Positions 19,801 through 29,605 are shown, counted from the first letter of the stretch. The stretch: 64,000 nucleotides of DNA from Desulfobacteraceae bacterium UBA2156 (GCA_002328165.1 DCWS01000012.1:8225-72224), one strand, 5' to 3'. Numbers and translations: made by a program. Notes: generated by a model not told the origin, from the sequence alone.

Positions 19801-21087
19801 ATGAGTGAATATATAAAGCTTGTTTATGGGGGAAAAACTTATCAGCTTCCCCTAATCACCAGTACGGAAAATGAGAAGGCTATCGATATTACTTCACTGC
19901 GGCAAGAGACCGGATTGATCACGTTCGATACCGGATATGCCAATACAGGGAGCTGTGCCAGCGCCATTACCTTTGTGGATGGTGAAAAGGGCATTCTCCG
20001 ATACCGTGGAATTCCGATTGAGCAACTCGCGGAGCGGTCCACGTTTACAGAAACGGCATTTCTCTTGATCAATGGTGTCTTACCCACTCGAAAAGAATTG
20101 AGCCACTTTTCTGTTCTTCTGAACGACCAATCGACACTGCATACGGACATGCAGTTTTTCTTCCAAAATTTTCCGAGGGGTTCCCACCCCATGGGAATTC
20201 TTTCGTCGATGGTTAACGCATTGAGGGGCTTTTATCCGGAGCTTCAGACGGTGGAGGAGGAGATCAACATTACGGTGACTCGCTTGATTTCAAAAATTCG
20301 CACCCTTGCTGCCATGTCTTATAAAATTTCTATGGGCTATAAAGTGGTCTATCCCCGTCCAGATCTGTCATATTGTGCGAACTTTCTGAATATGATGTTC
20401 GACAATCCTGTCAGACCCTATATTATCGATAAGGACCTTGTCAGGGCATTGGACATTTTTTGGATTTTACACGCCGATCACGAACAGAATTGTTCAACTT
20501 CGGCGGTGAGGTTGGTGGGAAGCGGGCGGGTTAATCTTTACGCTGCCATTTCTGCGGGCATCGCAGCTCTATGGGGTCCCCTGCACGGAGGTGCCAATCA
20601 GGCGGTTATCGAAATGTTTTTCGAAATTGCTGAAAAGGGTGGCAGTGTGACCCGAGCGGTTGAAAGGGCAAAGGACAAAAAAGATCCCTTTCGGCTGATG
20701 GGTTTTGGCCACCGGGTATACAAAACCTATGACCCCCGTGCCAAGATTATGAAAAAGACCTGTGGTAAGATTCTTAAAAAACTCAATATCCAAGACCCGT
20801 TGCTCAACATTGCACTGGAACTGGAAGAGGTTGTATCGACGGACGATTATTTTATTTCACACAATCTTTATCCAAACGTCGATTTTTACAGCGGCATCCT
20901 TCTTCGTGCCATCGGTATACCTATCAATATGTTTACGGTCATGTTTGCTATCGGTCGACTTCCGGGGTGGATCGCCCAGTGGAAGGAGAGTGCGGATGAC
21001 CCCAACTGGAAGCTCGGCCGGCCCCGGCAGATTTACGTGGGATCCAAAAAAATGAAGTATCTCCCAATCGATAAAAGGGAACGCTGA
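19801..21087 (+). CDS. gltA: Citrate synthase
   Basis: 428 aa with 'LHADHEQNCSTS', 'GPLHGGAN' and 'GFGHRVYKTYDPRA'. Confidence 0.9.
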   Translation: MSEYIKLVYGGKTYQLPLITSTENEKAIDITSLRQETGLITFDTGYANTGSCASAITFVDGEKGILRYRGIPIEQLAERSTFTETAFLLINGVLPTRKELSHFSVLLNDQSTLHTDMQFFFQNFPRGSHPMGILSSMVNALRGFYPELQTVEEEINITVTRLISKIRTLAAMSYKISMGYKVVYPRPDLSYCANFLNMMFDNPVRPYIIDKDLVRALDIFWILHADHEQNCSTSAVRLVGSGRVNLYAAISAGIAALWGPLHGGANQAVIEMFFEIAEKGGSVTRAVERAKDKKDPFRLMGFGHRVYKTYDPRAKIMKKTCGKILKKLNIQDPLLNIALELEEVVSTDDYFISHNLYPNVDFYSGILLRAIGIPINMFTVMFAIGRLPGWIAQWKESADDPNWKLGRPRQIYVGSKKMKYLPIDKRER

Positions 21088-21328
21088 TTTTTTTGGCGCT
21101 AAGCCCCCAAAGCTGTAATTAGCATTCCTTTGCTTTTTTCTTGGACTTGGAAATGAAGATTGTAGAAACAGAGGATTTCAGCAGGTGATAAAAACGCTCC
21201 CCCCATTCATTCGATTCATTAACGGCGCTTTGGCTCAATCAAACATATCAACATTTATATGATGGAAAGCCTGTGCGAAGAAGCGCCCGTTGAAATATCG
21301 GAACCAATGAAAAGGAGGAGAATATCTC

Positions 21329-22081
21329 ATGCATAAAATAATAGCTATTTGTGTTGTTTGGATATTTTGTTCAGTCCCGGCCTGGGCTTTGGTGGAGATA
21401 GAGGGATTTTTCTGGTTAATGAAACCCGAAGGTCAGGCTTCGGTCGGCAACTATGGCCTTGAAGGGACAAAGATAGATCTTGAGAATGATTTTGGATACG
21501 GAGACATTGAAACGGTTCCTGGCGTCCTGGTTATTATGGGTAACACCCATCAGTTCGGCCTCTCCATTTTCAAACTGGACGCTTCAGCACGCAATCGAAT
21601 CGATCGTACCATTTATTTCGGGGGTGAGGAGTTTACCATAAATGAGAATATTTCAAGTTCCATCGAAATGACCGTGATGCAAGGTCTTTATCGTTTTAAT
21701 ATCGGCCCTGAAGCATTCCACGGCGGGTTGATGATCGGAGGGGAATATCTCGCCATCGAGACGCAAGCTGCCCCTGGTCAGAGTGAGCCCGCAAAAGCGG
21801 ATGCCGATACCGGCTTGCTGTTTTTTGGAGGTTTTGTAGAGAGTGACCCTTTTTCATTTCTCAGATTGCGTGCTTCACTGCTGGGCGGCACCTGGGAAAT
21901 TAGTGATGTGGAGGCCGATTATCTTGAATTAGAGGTGTCTGTGTTGGCCAGAATTACACCTCAATTCCATATCGGTGCCGGGTATCGACAAATCAATATT
22001 GATGCAAAAGTTAAAAGCCTGCCCCTGGAAATCGATCTTGCCTTCAAGGGACCAACGCTTTTCATCGGGTTCGAGTGGTGA
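21329..22081 (+). CDS. Hypothetical outer-membrane beta-barrel-like protein
   Basis: Strong RBS AAGGAGGAG and a signal peptide 'MHKIIAICVVWIFCSVPAWA'. The sequence has an alternating amphipathic pattern and a C-terminal aromatic signature '...LFIGFEW'. Confidence 0.45.
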   Translation: MHKIIAICVVWIFCSVPAWALVEIEGFFWLMKPEGQASVGNYGLEGTKIDLENDFGYGDIETVPGVLVIMGNTHQFGLSIFKLDASARNRIDRTIYFGGEEFTINENISSSIEMTVMQGLYRFNIGPEAFHGGLMIGGEYLAIETQAAPGQSEPAKADADTGLLFFGGFVESDPFSFLRLRASLLGGTWEISDVEADYLELEVSVLARITPQFHIGAGYRQINIDAKVKSLPLEIDLAFKGPTLFIGFEW

Positions 22082-22405
22082 GACTTCTATTTCCGTGGCG
22101 AAGCTGATTCGGTGTGATGTCGACACGGTAGCCATGGGGTTGTGAAATAGGCAGACCGTTTTGTTTTTGGTTCAAAATGTTTCAATTTTATTCCGAAATT
22201 TGATATAGCGACTTTGGCTCCATCCCCCTGATTTGATCGGACAGTGAAGTTTACAAATAGCGTTTTGATGTTTAATATGTTGCGTAATCCGATTAATAAC
22301 AACCAAAATGGTATTCCGATAACCAAAAACAAAATTTCTGCGTTTTGAAATAGCTTCCAGTTTTTTCAAATGAAATGCCGGAGATTTTTCTCGATTAGAT
22401 AACCG

Positions 22406-23380
22406 ATGCACGCAACAAGAATAAAGACCAAAGCTGTCGGTTTGTTGTCCGGTGGACTCGACAGCACGCTTGCCGCAAAACTCATGCAGGAGCAGGGGGT
22501 TGAGGTATGCGCCGTCAACTTTACCTCCTCCTTTTGCACCTGTACGCCGAAGAAAGCAGGATGTGCGGCGGCTGTCACGGCCGTAAAAGGTCTGGGCGGC
22601 GTATCACTTAAGCAAATCGCGTTGCGCGATGAATATCTGGATATGGTGAAGCATCCGAAACACGGATATGGATCCCAGATGAATCCGTGTATCGACTGCA
22701 GGATCATGAAAATAAAAAAAGCAGGCGAATACATGAAAAAAATAGATGCAGATTTTATGTTTACCGGTGAAGTCCTGGGCCAGCGTCCCATGTCCCAACA
22801 CAAGCGGGCCATGCAGATGATCGCAGCAGAATCCGGTTTTCCGGAGTATCTTTTGCGACCCCTCTCGGCCGCACATTTTGAACCGACAGTTCCGGAGCTG
22901 GAAGGGTGGGTAGATAGGAATAAATTGTTGGCGATTACCGGGCGGTCAAGGAAAACTCAGATCTCCCTTGCCGCTGAGAAGGGTATTCGTGACTATCCCT
23001 GTCCGGCAGGCGGCTGTCTTTTGACCGACAAAAATTTTTCAGAGAGAATACGCGATTATTTTATTTTCACAAAAAACCCATCCATGGGAGATATCCCCCT
23101 TCTTAAAACAGGAAGGCATTTTCGACTGGAAAATGGCGACAAGGTGATTGTCGCACGCAATGAAAATGAATGCAACGTGTTGAGAAATCTCTGGATAGAG
23201 AGCGATCACTTCCTTGTTCCGTTTGACTTTTCCGGTCCCACCGTGATTCTTCAGGGAACCGATTTAAAGACCGCTCTCGGGAAACTGGTTGCATATACCA
23301 CGCCACCTGTTTGGGATACCGCCCGTGTTACCCACCGACATGGGGCAGAAAAAAAAATCATGTTCCTTGATGCGTTTTAA
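22406..23380 (+). CDS. PP-loop ATP pyrophosphatase, MnmA/ThiI-like tRNA sulfurtransferase paralogue (no THUMP domain)
   Basis: 'GLLSGGLDST' PP-loop at residue 12 and 'NPCIDCRIMK' (compare MnmA NPCxxCN). It lies directly upstream of mnmA. Confidence 0.6.
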   Translation: MHATRIKTKAVGLLSGGLDSTLAAKLMQEQGVEVCAVNFTSSFCTCTPKKAGCAAAVTAVKGLGGVSLKQIALRDEYLDMVKHPKHGYGSQMNPCIDCRIMKIKKAGEYMKKIDADFMFTGEVLGQRPMSQHKRAMQMIAAESGFPEYLLRPLSAAHFEPTVPELEGWVDRNKLLAITGRSRKTQISLAAEKGIRDYPCPAGGCLLTDKNFSERIRDYFIFTKNPSMGDIPLLKTGRHFRLENGDKVIVARNENECNVLRNLWIESDHFLVPFDFSGPTVILQGTDLKTALGKLVAYTTPPVWDTARVTHRHGAEKKIMFLDAF

Positions 23381-23381
23381 G

Positions 23382-24485
23382 ATGATAACATCGCGTAACA
23401 AAATAAAGATCGCCGTCGGGCTTAGCGGAGGGGTCGATTCTTCGGTTGCTGCGGTACTGCTCAAAGAAAAAGGCTATGACCTGATCGGTGTCACCATGGA
23501 AATATTTGATGGTTGTGGGGAACTCAAGGAGATTGGAAGACATGGATGTTATGGTCCGGGGGAAACAGAGGATGTTGAAACGGCTGCACGGATCTGCAAA
23601 AGACTCGACATTCCCTATTACACTTTCGACCTGAAAGAAGCGTACAGAAAGCATGTTATCGGATATTTCAAGCGTGAGTACCTTCTGGGGAGAACACCGA
23701 ATCCCTGCGTGGTGTGCAACCAAAGGATTAAATTTGGCTTTCTTTTGAAAAAGGCGATAGAAAAAGGAGTGGATTTTCAGTTTTTTGCCACCGGGCACTA
23801 TGCAAAGCTGACAAAAACCGGCGGAAGATTTCTGCTGAAAAAGGCTGAAGACCGGTCAAAAGACCAGACCTATTTTCTTTATCGGTTAACTCGAAAGCAG
23901 CTTTCCCGTACCCTCTTTCCCCTTGGCGAATACACCAAAGCCAAGGTCAGAAAAATTGCACGGTCCATGGAACTGGAAACAGCCTACGGGGCCGAAAGCC
24001 AGGACTTTGTCGCTAGAAATGACTATGCGGTTCTTTTCAACGAGGAAGAGGTGAAGAGCGGCGATATTGTGGATGAAAATTTAAATCTCCTGGGAAGGCA
24101 TCGAGGGATCATCCATTACACAATTGGGCAGCGGAGGGGATTGGGGATTGCATCGGACCGCCCACTCTATGTGACGAAAATTGACACCGAAAACAACAGG
24201 ATCGTTGTGGGTGACAGGGAGAATCTTTTTTCCAAAGGGTTGATCGCAAAGGACCTTAACCTGGTGGCCATTGATAGGCTTGACCGGCAGCATAAGATAG
24301 GGGCAAAGATCCGGTTGAACCATCAAGAGATTCCCGCCACGCTGTTTCCACACGGAAACGATAGGGCTAAAATACTATTTAACACCCCGCAGATGTCGGT
24401 AGCGCCCGGACAGTCAGCTGTCTTTTATAGGGGGGATACCGTGCTTGGCGGTGGCATTATTGAACGGGCACTTCGATCGAATTAA
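23382..24485 (+). CDS. mnmA: tRNA-specific 2-thiouridylase MnmA
   Basis: From ORF 23289..24485. Start set at MITSRNKIKIAVGLSGGVDSSV, 1 nt after the upstream stop. 'PNPCVVCNQRIKF' and 'KDQTYFLY' are present. Confidence 0.9.
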   Translation: MITSRNKIKIAVGLSGGVDSSVAAVLLKEKGYDLIGVTMEIFDGCGELKEIGRHGCYGPGETEDVETAARICKRLDIPYYTFDLKEAYRKHVIGYFKREYLLGRTPNPCVVCNQRIKFGFLLKKAIEKGVDFQFFATGHYAKLTKTGGRFLLKKAEDRSKDQTYFLYRLTRKQLSRTLFPLGEYTKAKVRKIARSMELETAYGAESQDFVARNDYAVLFNEEEVKSGDIVDENLNLLGRHRGIIHYTIGQRRGLGIASDRPLYVTKIDTENNRIVVGDRENLFSKGLIAKDLNLVAIDRLDRQHKIGAKIRLNHQEIPATLFPHGNDRAKILFNTPQMSVAPGQSAVFYRGDTVLGGGIIERALRSN

Positions 24486-24614
24486 CTGTTGTTTTTTAAC
24501 CGGCTGGCATATCATCCGATCAGAACGATCCGCTCTGCTGCCCAGATTGGTCAAAGACTTCGCTATGCGCTGGAAATCTGATGGAGAATATGCCCGGCAT
24601 TTGGGTTCAGGTGG

Positions 24615-24643
24615 TTGACATTCATACTACGTTGTGGTATTTT
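24615..24643 (+). promoter_or_regulatory. Candidate sigma70 promoter upstream of cysE
   Basis: TTGACA (24615-24620), a 17-nt spacer, then TATTTT (24638-24643) preceded by TGG (extended -10 like). Confidence 0.35.
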
Positions 24644-24723
24644 TAATCTGTCAAGGTTGCATGGATTCGAAAGTCGATTTGGCGTTATCAAAATTTTATA
24701 AAAAATTGAAAAGGTAACTGAAA

Positions 24724-25758
24724 ATGACCGCTCCATCTTTAAAATCAAAGCAAGTTAAAAGGGATACCGCAACGGTAACCCGTTTTTATAAAACCGTCCC
24801 CAAGACCATGCAGCGGCTGTTAGTCCCATCTGAAGAAGATGCCCTGTCTTTCGAACACGTGGACATTACACCGATTGCGTCACAGGACTCGGTAATTGAG
24901 ATCATCCAACAGGCCAGACGCCTGATCTTTCCGGGATATTTCATCCAAACCCGGATGGATCCGATCAATTTGGAGCCTTTTTTGTGTCAGGAGGCGATGG
25001 CCCTTTTTAATCGGCTTTCACAACAGATTGTTTTGTCCATTCAGCATGAGTGCCTCCGTTTGGATATGCCCTGCTCGAAATGTCTGGAAAGTAGTCATGA
25101 AACCGCGTTTCAATTTATTCAATCGCTGCCTGATTTAAAGGTCATACTGACCGGAGACATCGATGCGGCTTTTGCGGGAGACCCTGCTGCAAAGAGTTAC
25201 GATGAAATTATTTTCAGTTATCCCGGGTTGTTCGCCATTACCGTCTACCGTCTGGCGCACAACCTCTATGAAATGGAGGTACCACTTTTGCCGCGAATGA
25301 TGACCGAATATGCCCATAGTCTCACCGGTATTGATATCCATCCCGGTGCAACAATCGGGCAGCGCTTTTTTATCGATCATGGCACCGGTGTGGTCGTGGG
25401 TGAAACCACGGAAATCGGAAACCGAGTGAGGATCTACCAGGGCGTGACTCTGGGTGCTTTATCCCTCCCGGCGGATAAGATCGATCAATTCAAGGATCAG
25501 AAGCGGCATCCCACCATCGGGGATGATGTGATTATCTATTCAAATGCGACTTTGTTGGGCGCGAAGGCAATTATAGGCGCCAGATCGATCATCGGTGGAA
25601 ACGTATGGATCACAGAAGGCGTTCCACAGGACACGAAAGTGGTGTTAAAAAAGCCGGAGTTGGTCTACATCGGGAATCATAATCGATCGGGTGATTTGAA
25701 ATCGGTTCATCAACAGAGCCGTCGTGGGGAAAAAGGGGGTGGAGATGAAATTTGTTGA
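24724..25758 (+). CDS. cysE: Serine O-acetyltransferase (long form)
   Basis: Hexapeptide-repeat core 'GIDIHPGATIGQRFFIDHGTGVVVGETTEIGNRVRIYQGVTLGA' with an N-terminal SATase-type helical region. Confidence 0.8.
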   Translation: MTAPSLKSKQVKRDTATVTRFYKTVPKTMQRLLVPSEEDALSFEHVDITPIASQDSVIEIIQQARRLIFPGYFIQTRMDPINLEPFLCQEAMALFNRLSQQIVLSIQHECLRLDMPCSKCLESSHETAFQFIQSLPDLKVILTGDIDAAFAGDPAAKSYDEIIFSYPGLFAITVYRLAHNLYEMEVPLLPRMMTEYAHSLTGIDIHPGATIGQRFFIDHGTGVVVGETTEIGNRVRIYQGVTLGALSLPADKIDQFKDQKRHPTIGDDVIIYSNATLLGAKAIIGARSIIGGNVWITEGVPQDTKVVLKKPELVYIGNHNRSGDLKSVHQQSRRGEKGGGDEIC

Positions 25759-25993
25759 GAAACAGCCAGCTGACGCCACTTTAGACCTGGTATGCCGTAT
25801 GTGTCCTCTCCATCTTTTGGAACCGGGTGACAGGCTAAAGTGCTTAAAAAAGGGGCAGGTCTTGGAAGTGCTGACCGATTATGACGGTGCCCTGGAAGAT
25901 ATTCCCAAGTGGTGTGAAAAGTGTGGGCAGGAATTTATCGGTGTAGAGGAAGACGAGGATTGTTACAAACTCTATATTCGAAAGGTTAAATGA
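25745..25993 (+). CDS. TusA/SirA-like sulfur carrier protein
   Basis: 'LDLVCRMCPLHLL...GQVLEVLTDYDGALEDIPKWCEKCGQEF' matches the TusA pattern (LDxxGxxCPxP ... DIPxW). The start is uncertain (25724 or 25745). It overlaps the end of cysE. Confidence 0.55.
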   Translation: MKFVEKQPADATLDLVCRMCPLHLLEPGDRLKCLKKGQVLEVLTDYDGALEDIPKWCEKCGQEFIGVEEDEDCYKLYIRKVK

Positions 25994-26004
25994 GGGAATT
26001 TGAT

Positions 26005-27180
26005 ATGAAGCGGGTTTATTTGGATCATGCCTCTGCCACGCCGATGAGGAGAGAAGTCATCGAAGCCATGCTTCCTTATTTTGACCAGCATTTTGGGAAT
26101 CCCTCGATGGTTTATGACATCGGTTCAAACGTCAAAGAGGTAATGGAGGAACAACGGCTAAAGATAGCAAAGCTCATTGGTGCAAACGCCGAAGAAATCA
26201 TTTTCACCTCATCTGGAGCTGAAGCCAACAATCTTGCGATCAAGGGCGTCGCTTTTGCCAGACAGAAAAAAGGGAAACATATCATCATTTCTGCCATTGA
26301 ACACCACTCGGTTCTCAACTCCGCTCGATTCTTCGAGCGCATGGATTTCGAGGTGACTCTCCTCCAAGTGGATGAACACGGCCTGGTGGACCCGGAACGT
26401 CTGTCTAAGGCGATAACGTCTGAAACGATTTTGGTATCCGTCATGCACGCAAACAATGAAATTGGAACCATCGAGCCGATTTCAGAACTTTCTGCCATAT
26501 GCAGATCAAAAGGAATTGTCTTTCATACCGATGCAGTTGCAACCGTTGGGAATATTCCGGTCGACGTCAATGAGCTGAATGTGGACCTATTGAGTTTTTC
26601 CGGTATTTCAATGGGGGCGCCTAAAGGAGTTGGGGCACTCTATTTCAGGGATAATTTAAGGCTGATGCCTTTAATTCACGGCGGTATCCAGGAAAAGGGG
26701 AGGCGGGGAGGAACCGAGAATATCCCAGGTATTGTCGGTTTAGGCAAGGCAGCTGAAATCATTTCAAAAGAACTGCCCGGCAAAGTGGCCCGCACGCGGA
26801 ACCTGAGGGACTTTTTAATCAAAGGCATCGGAGAACGGTTGGAATTTGTCAAATTGACCGGCCACCCGGACAAACGACTCCCAGGTCACGCCAGCTTTTG
26901 TGTTGAAGCGATCGAGGGAGAAGCCCTAACCTTTATGCTCAGTCAAGAGGGTATCTACGCAAATACCGGTTCCGCCTGTGCTTCAAAAGCCCTTAAAACA
27001 TCTCCGGTTCTGGTGGCCATCGGTGTTCGTCCGGAACTCGCCCAGGGCTCTGTCGTATTTACTCTCAATGGGAACCATGCGGTTGAAGAGTTGGAATATG
27101 TGCTGGAAAAATTTCAAGGTGATGTTGCAAAGCTTCGTGCACTTTCTCCCATTTGGATGGGAAAGGCGGCGACTAGATAA
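26005..27180 (+). CDS. IscS/NifS-family cysteine desulfurase homologue lacking the PLP-binding lysine
   Basis: Class V aminotransferase motifs are present ('SSGAEANN', 'AIEHHSV', 'MHANNEIGT', 'HTDAV') and the Cys loop 'TGSACAS' is retained. However, 'SFSGISMGAPKG' replaces the canonical 'SFSGHKxxGPKG'. Confidence 0.8.
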   Translation: MKRVYLDHASATPMRREVIEAMLPYFDQHFGNPSMVYDIGSNVKEVMEEQRLKIAKLIGANAEEIIFTSSGAEANNLAIKGVAFARQKKGKHIIISAIEHHSVLNSARFFERMDFEVTLLQVDEHGLVDPERLSKAITSETILVSVMHANNEIGTIEPISELSAICRSKGIVFHTDAVATVGNIPVDVNELNVDLLSFSGISMGAPKGVGALYFRDNLRLMPLIHGGIQEKGRRGGTENIPGIVGLGKAAEIISKELPGKVARTRNLRDFLIKGIGERLEFVKLTGHPDKRLPGHASFCVEAIEGEALTFMLSQEGIYANTGSACASKALKTSPVLVAIGVRPELAQGSVVFTLNGNHAVEELEYVLEKFQGDVAKLRALSPIWMGKAATR

Positions 27181-27193
27181 AAGGGGGTGAATC

Positions 27194-27562
27194 ATGTATT
27201 CAGAAAAAGTGATGGATCATTTCTCAAATCCGCGAAATGCTGGGAGCATCGAGGATGCCGACGGTATCGGCGAGATCGGCAACCCGGTCTGCGGTGACAT
27301 GATGACATTTTATATCAAGGTCAAAGATGATAAAATTTCCGAGATAAAATTCCAAACCTTCGGGTGTGTTGCCGCAATAGCTGTGTCGAGCATGGTTAGC
27401 GAGATGGCAGAAGGATGTACGTTAAAAGAAGCCAAAAAGATAAGCAACAAAAGCGTTGCATCCTCGCTTGACGGTCTTCCAAAGCAAAAGCTGCATTGCT
27501 CCAATCTTGGTGCTGATGCCCTCGCCAAGGCGATCCAGAATTATGAAAACAAAAATGTGTAA
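27194..27562 (+). CDS. iscU: Fe-S cluster scaffold protein (IscU / NifU N-terminal type)
   Basis: 122 aa with 'GNPVCGDMMTFYI', 'FQTFGCVAAIA' and 'LHCSNLGADAL', giving all three Cys ligands and the Asp. Confidence 0.85.
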   Translation: MYSEKVMDHFSNPRNAGSIEDADGIGEIGNPVCGDMMTFYIKVKDDKISEIKFQTFGCVAAIAVSSMVSEMAEGCTLKEAKKISNKSVASSLDGLPKQKLHCSNLGADALAKAIQNYENKNV

Positions 27563-27580
27563 AACTAATTTATTAAAAAA

Positions 27581-28681
27581 ATGAAAGAAAATCTTACGAA
27601 CGGCGAACTGGAGACCTATTCCAGACAGGTCGTCCTGGCTGGCATCGGTTATAGTGGACAGTTGAAACTCAAAAACGCCAAGGTCTGTATCATCGGGATG
27701 GGTGGTCTGGGGACACAGATTGCTTTTAAACTGGTTGGAATGGGGATCGGCTACCTCCGTATGGTTGACAGGGATATCGTTTCACGATCAGATTTGCACC
27801 GACAGTACCTATACAATGTTGATGTTGTGGGACAACCAAAAGTCGAAGCCGCTTTACAAAAACTGAACCGCTTAAATCCAGATGTGGAGCTCGATCCGGT
27901 TCCGGAATCTATGAATTCATCCAATGCCAAAGCGTTGATAGATGGCGTGGACATCGTTCTTGACGGTCTGGACAGTCCCCAAACCCGTTACCTGGTAAAT
28001 CGAACCTGCAACCATTTCAAGATACCCTATGTCTTTGGTTCTGCCATTGAAGCTTTTGGAAATGTCTCTACCATCGTGCCGGATAAAACGTTCTGTCTGG
28101 AGTGTTTCATGCCGGGTTTAAAAGATGAGGACCTTCCGTCATGTGGTGTCGTCGGTGTTCATCCGTCTGTTTTGGGTTTGGTTACAGCGATTCAGGTTGC
28201 AGAGGCGGTGAGATTCTTGACCGGCAAGGACCCGAAGTTGCTCAATAAGCTTTTATATATCGACCTTCAAGAGTTGGCGTTCGATACCATTGACATCTCT
28301 TCCTCACAAAACTGCCCTGTATGCGGAATCAAACCTGCCGGACCGCCGGAACGTTTGACGGACAACCTATTTGTGGAAACATGCGCAAAGGATGGAATGA
28401 GAAATTTTATCATTTCCCCCAGGGAAAGGATTGAAATTGACATTGAACGTCTGGATGCTGTTCTAAAAGAAAAAAGTTTGTCTGTAAAAAGTTCCAGCCC
28501 TTTTGGGATTACTTTCGAGGTATCCGAAGGCGTGCAAGGTAGCTTGCTTAAAAGCGGCCTTATGATCGTGCAGACATCTCCAAAACCGAAAAACAATATA
28601 AAAGACGATCTCTTTACGGCATACAAATCTGTCCTTGTGGACGGATTGGGCTTATCCCCAAACATTTTGCCCGATGTCTGA
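27581..28681 (+). CDS. ThiF/MoeB/HesA-family E1-like adenylyltransferase with an extra ~115-aa C-terminal domain
   Basis: 'YSRQVVL', 'IIGMGGLGTQIA', 'RSDLHRQ', and Zn-site pairs 'CLEC' and 'CPVC'. Residues ~250-366 match no domain I recognise. Confidence 0.75.
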   Translation: MKENLTNGELETYSRQVVLAGIGYSGQLKLKNAKVCIIGMGGLGTQIAFKLVGMGIGYLRMVDRDIVSRSDLHRQYLYNVDVVGQPKVEAALQKLNRLNPDVELDPVPESMNSSNAKALIDGVDIVLDGLDSPQTRYLVNRTCNHFKIPYVFGSAIEAFGNVSTIVPDKTFCLECFMPGLKDEDLPSCGVVGVHPSVLGLVTAIQVAEAVRFLTGKDPKLLNKLLYIDLQELAFDTIDISSSQNCPVCGIKPAGPPERLTDNLFVETCAKDGMRNFIISPRERIEIDIERLDAVLKEKSLSVKSSSPFGITFEVSEGVQGSLLKSGLMIVQTSPKPKNNIKDDLFTAYKSVLVDGLGLSPNILPDV

Positions 28682-28694
28682 AAAAAACCCTTTT

Positions 28695-29534
28695 TCATTC
28701 TTCCACCTTGCTTTTCCGGTGTTGAATATACGCATCCCGGAGCGCCTCATAGGGATCAATTGCAGCTTCTTTCAAGGACTCGTAATCACCCAGTCGGAAG
28801 GAGGTATCGTTTACGATCCTGTAACCATAGATACCAACCGCGGCTTCAACCGGTTCCATATAGGAAAGTGGGTTGATGAAGCTGTCTCCAAGCAAACCCA
28901 CTGAATCGCGCAGGGTGGATGGGCCCAGAAAAGGCCAAACGATATACACACCCTCTCCGATTCCATAGACACCTAAGGTTTGACCCAGATCCTCCTCACT
29001 TGGTTTTAAACGAGGATATCTCTTTGCCGGATTTCCAAAGCCGAGAATACCGAAGATGCTGTTCAACAGAAACCGATCGATTTCCGCATGAGCAGATTGC
29101 CACTTTCCTTGGAGGATGCAATTGGCCAAACGAATGGGGGTGGTTAGGTTGGTGAAAAAATTACTGACGCCAATTCGGGCAAGTTCTGGAACTACTACCT
29201 TATATGTCTTTGTAACAGGCTTGAGTATCCAGAAGTAAAATTTGTCGTTGAAGTGAAACATCCCTTTGTTCCAGAGCGATAGAGGATCCGGAACAGAGAT
29301 CTCATCTTCATCTTCGTATTCATCATCGTCAAAACTATCAGGGTCGTCGTTTTGATCAGCCGCATCATCCTCTGCGGGATTTGTTGACAACATTGAATTT
29401 CCCGTAGAAGCCAGCAGGTTTTGAATTTGATGAAAGGATGGATCTGCAAGAGATGGCGGAGGGTTTTCAGGAACAAGGGCACATCCAATCATGAATGAGA
29501 AAAGAAAAGAAAAGAACACGATTTGATGTTTCAA
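28695..29534 (-). CDS. mlaA: MlaA/VacJ family outer-membrane lipoprotein
   Basis: Lipobox 'MIGCA', an acidic linker, and the VacJ core 'FNDKFYFWILKPV...VSNFFTNLTTPIRLANCILQGK...FLLNSIFGILGFGNPA'. Confidence 0.8.
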   Translation of the reverse strand: MKHQIVFFSFLFSFMIGCALVPENPPPSLADPSFHQIQNLLASTGNSMLSTNPAEDDAADQNDDPDSFDDDEYEDEDEISVPDPLSLWNKGMFHFNDKFYFWILKPVTKTYKVVVPELARIGVSNFFTNLTTPIRLANCILQGKWQSAHAEIDRFLLNSIFGILGFGNPAKRYPRLKPSEEDLGQTLGVYGIGEGVYIVWPFLGPSTLRDSVGLLGDSFINPLSYMEPVEAAVGIYGYRIVNDTSFRLGDYESLKEAAIDPYEALRDAYIQHRKSKVEE

Positions 29535-29605
29535 GGGATGTGACGCTCCTCATATCAATTATTAATTAGCAGGGATAGAAGCGATTTCTTTTTCCACCGA
29601 TTCTC

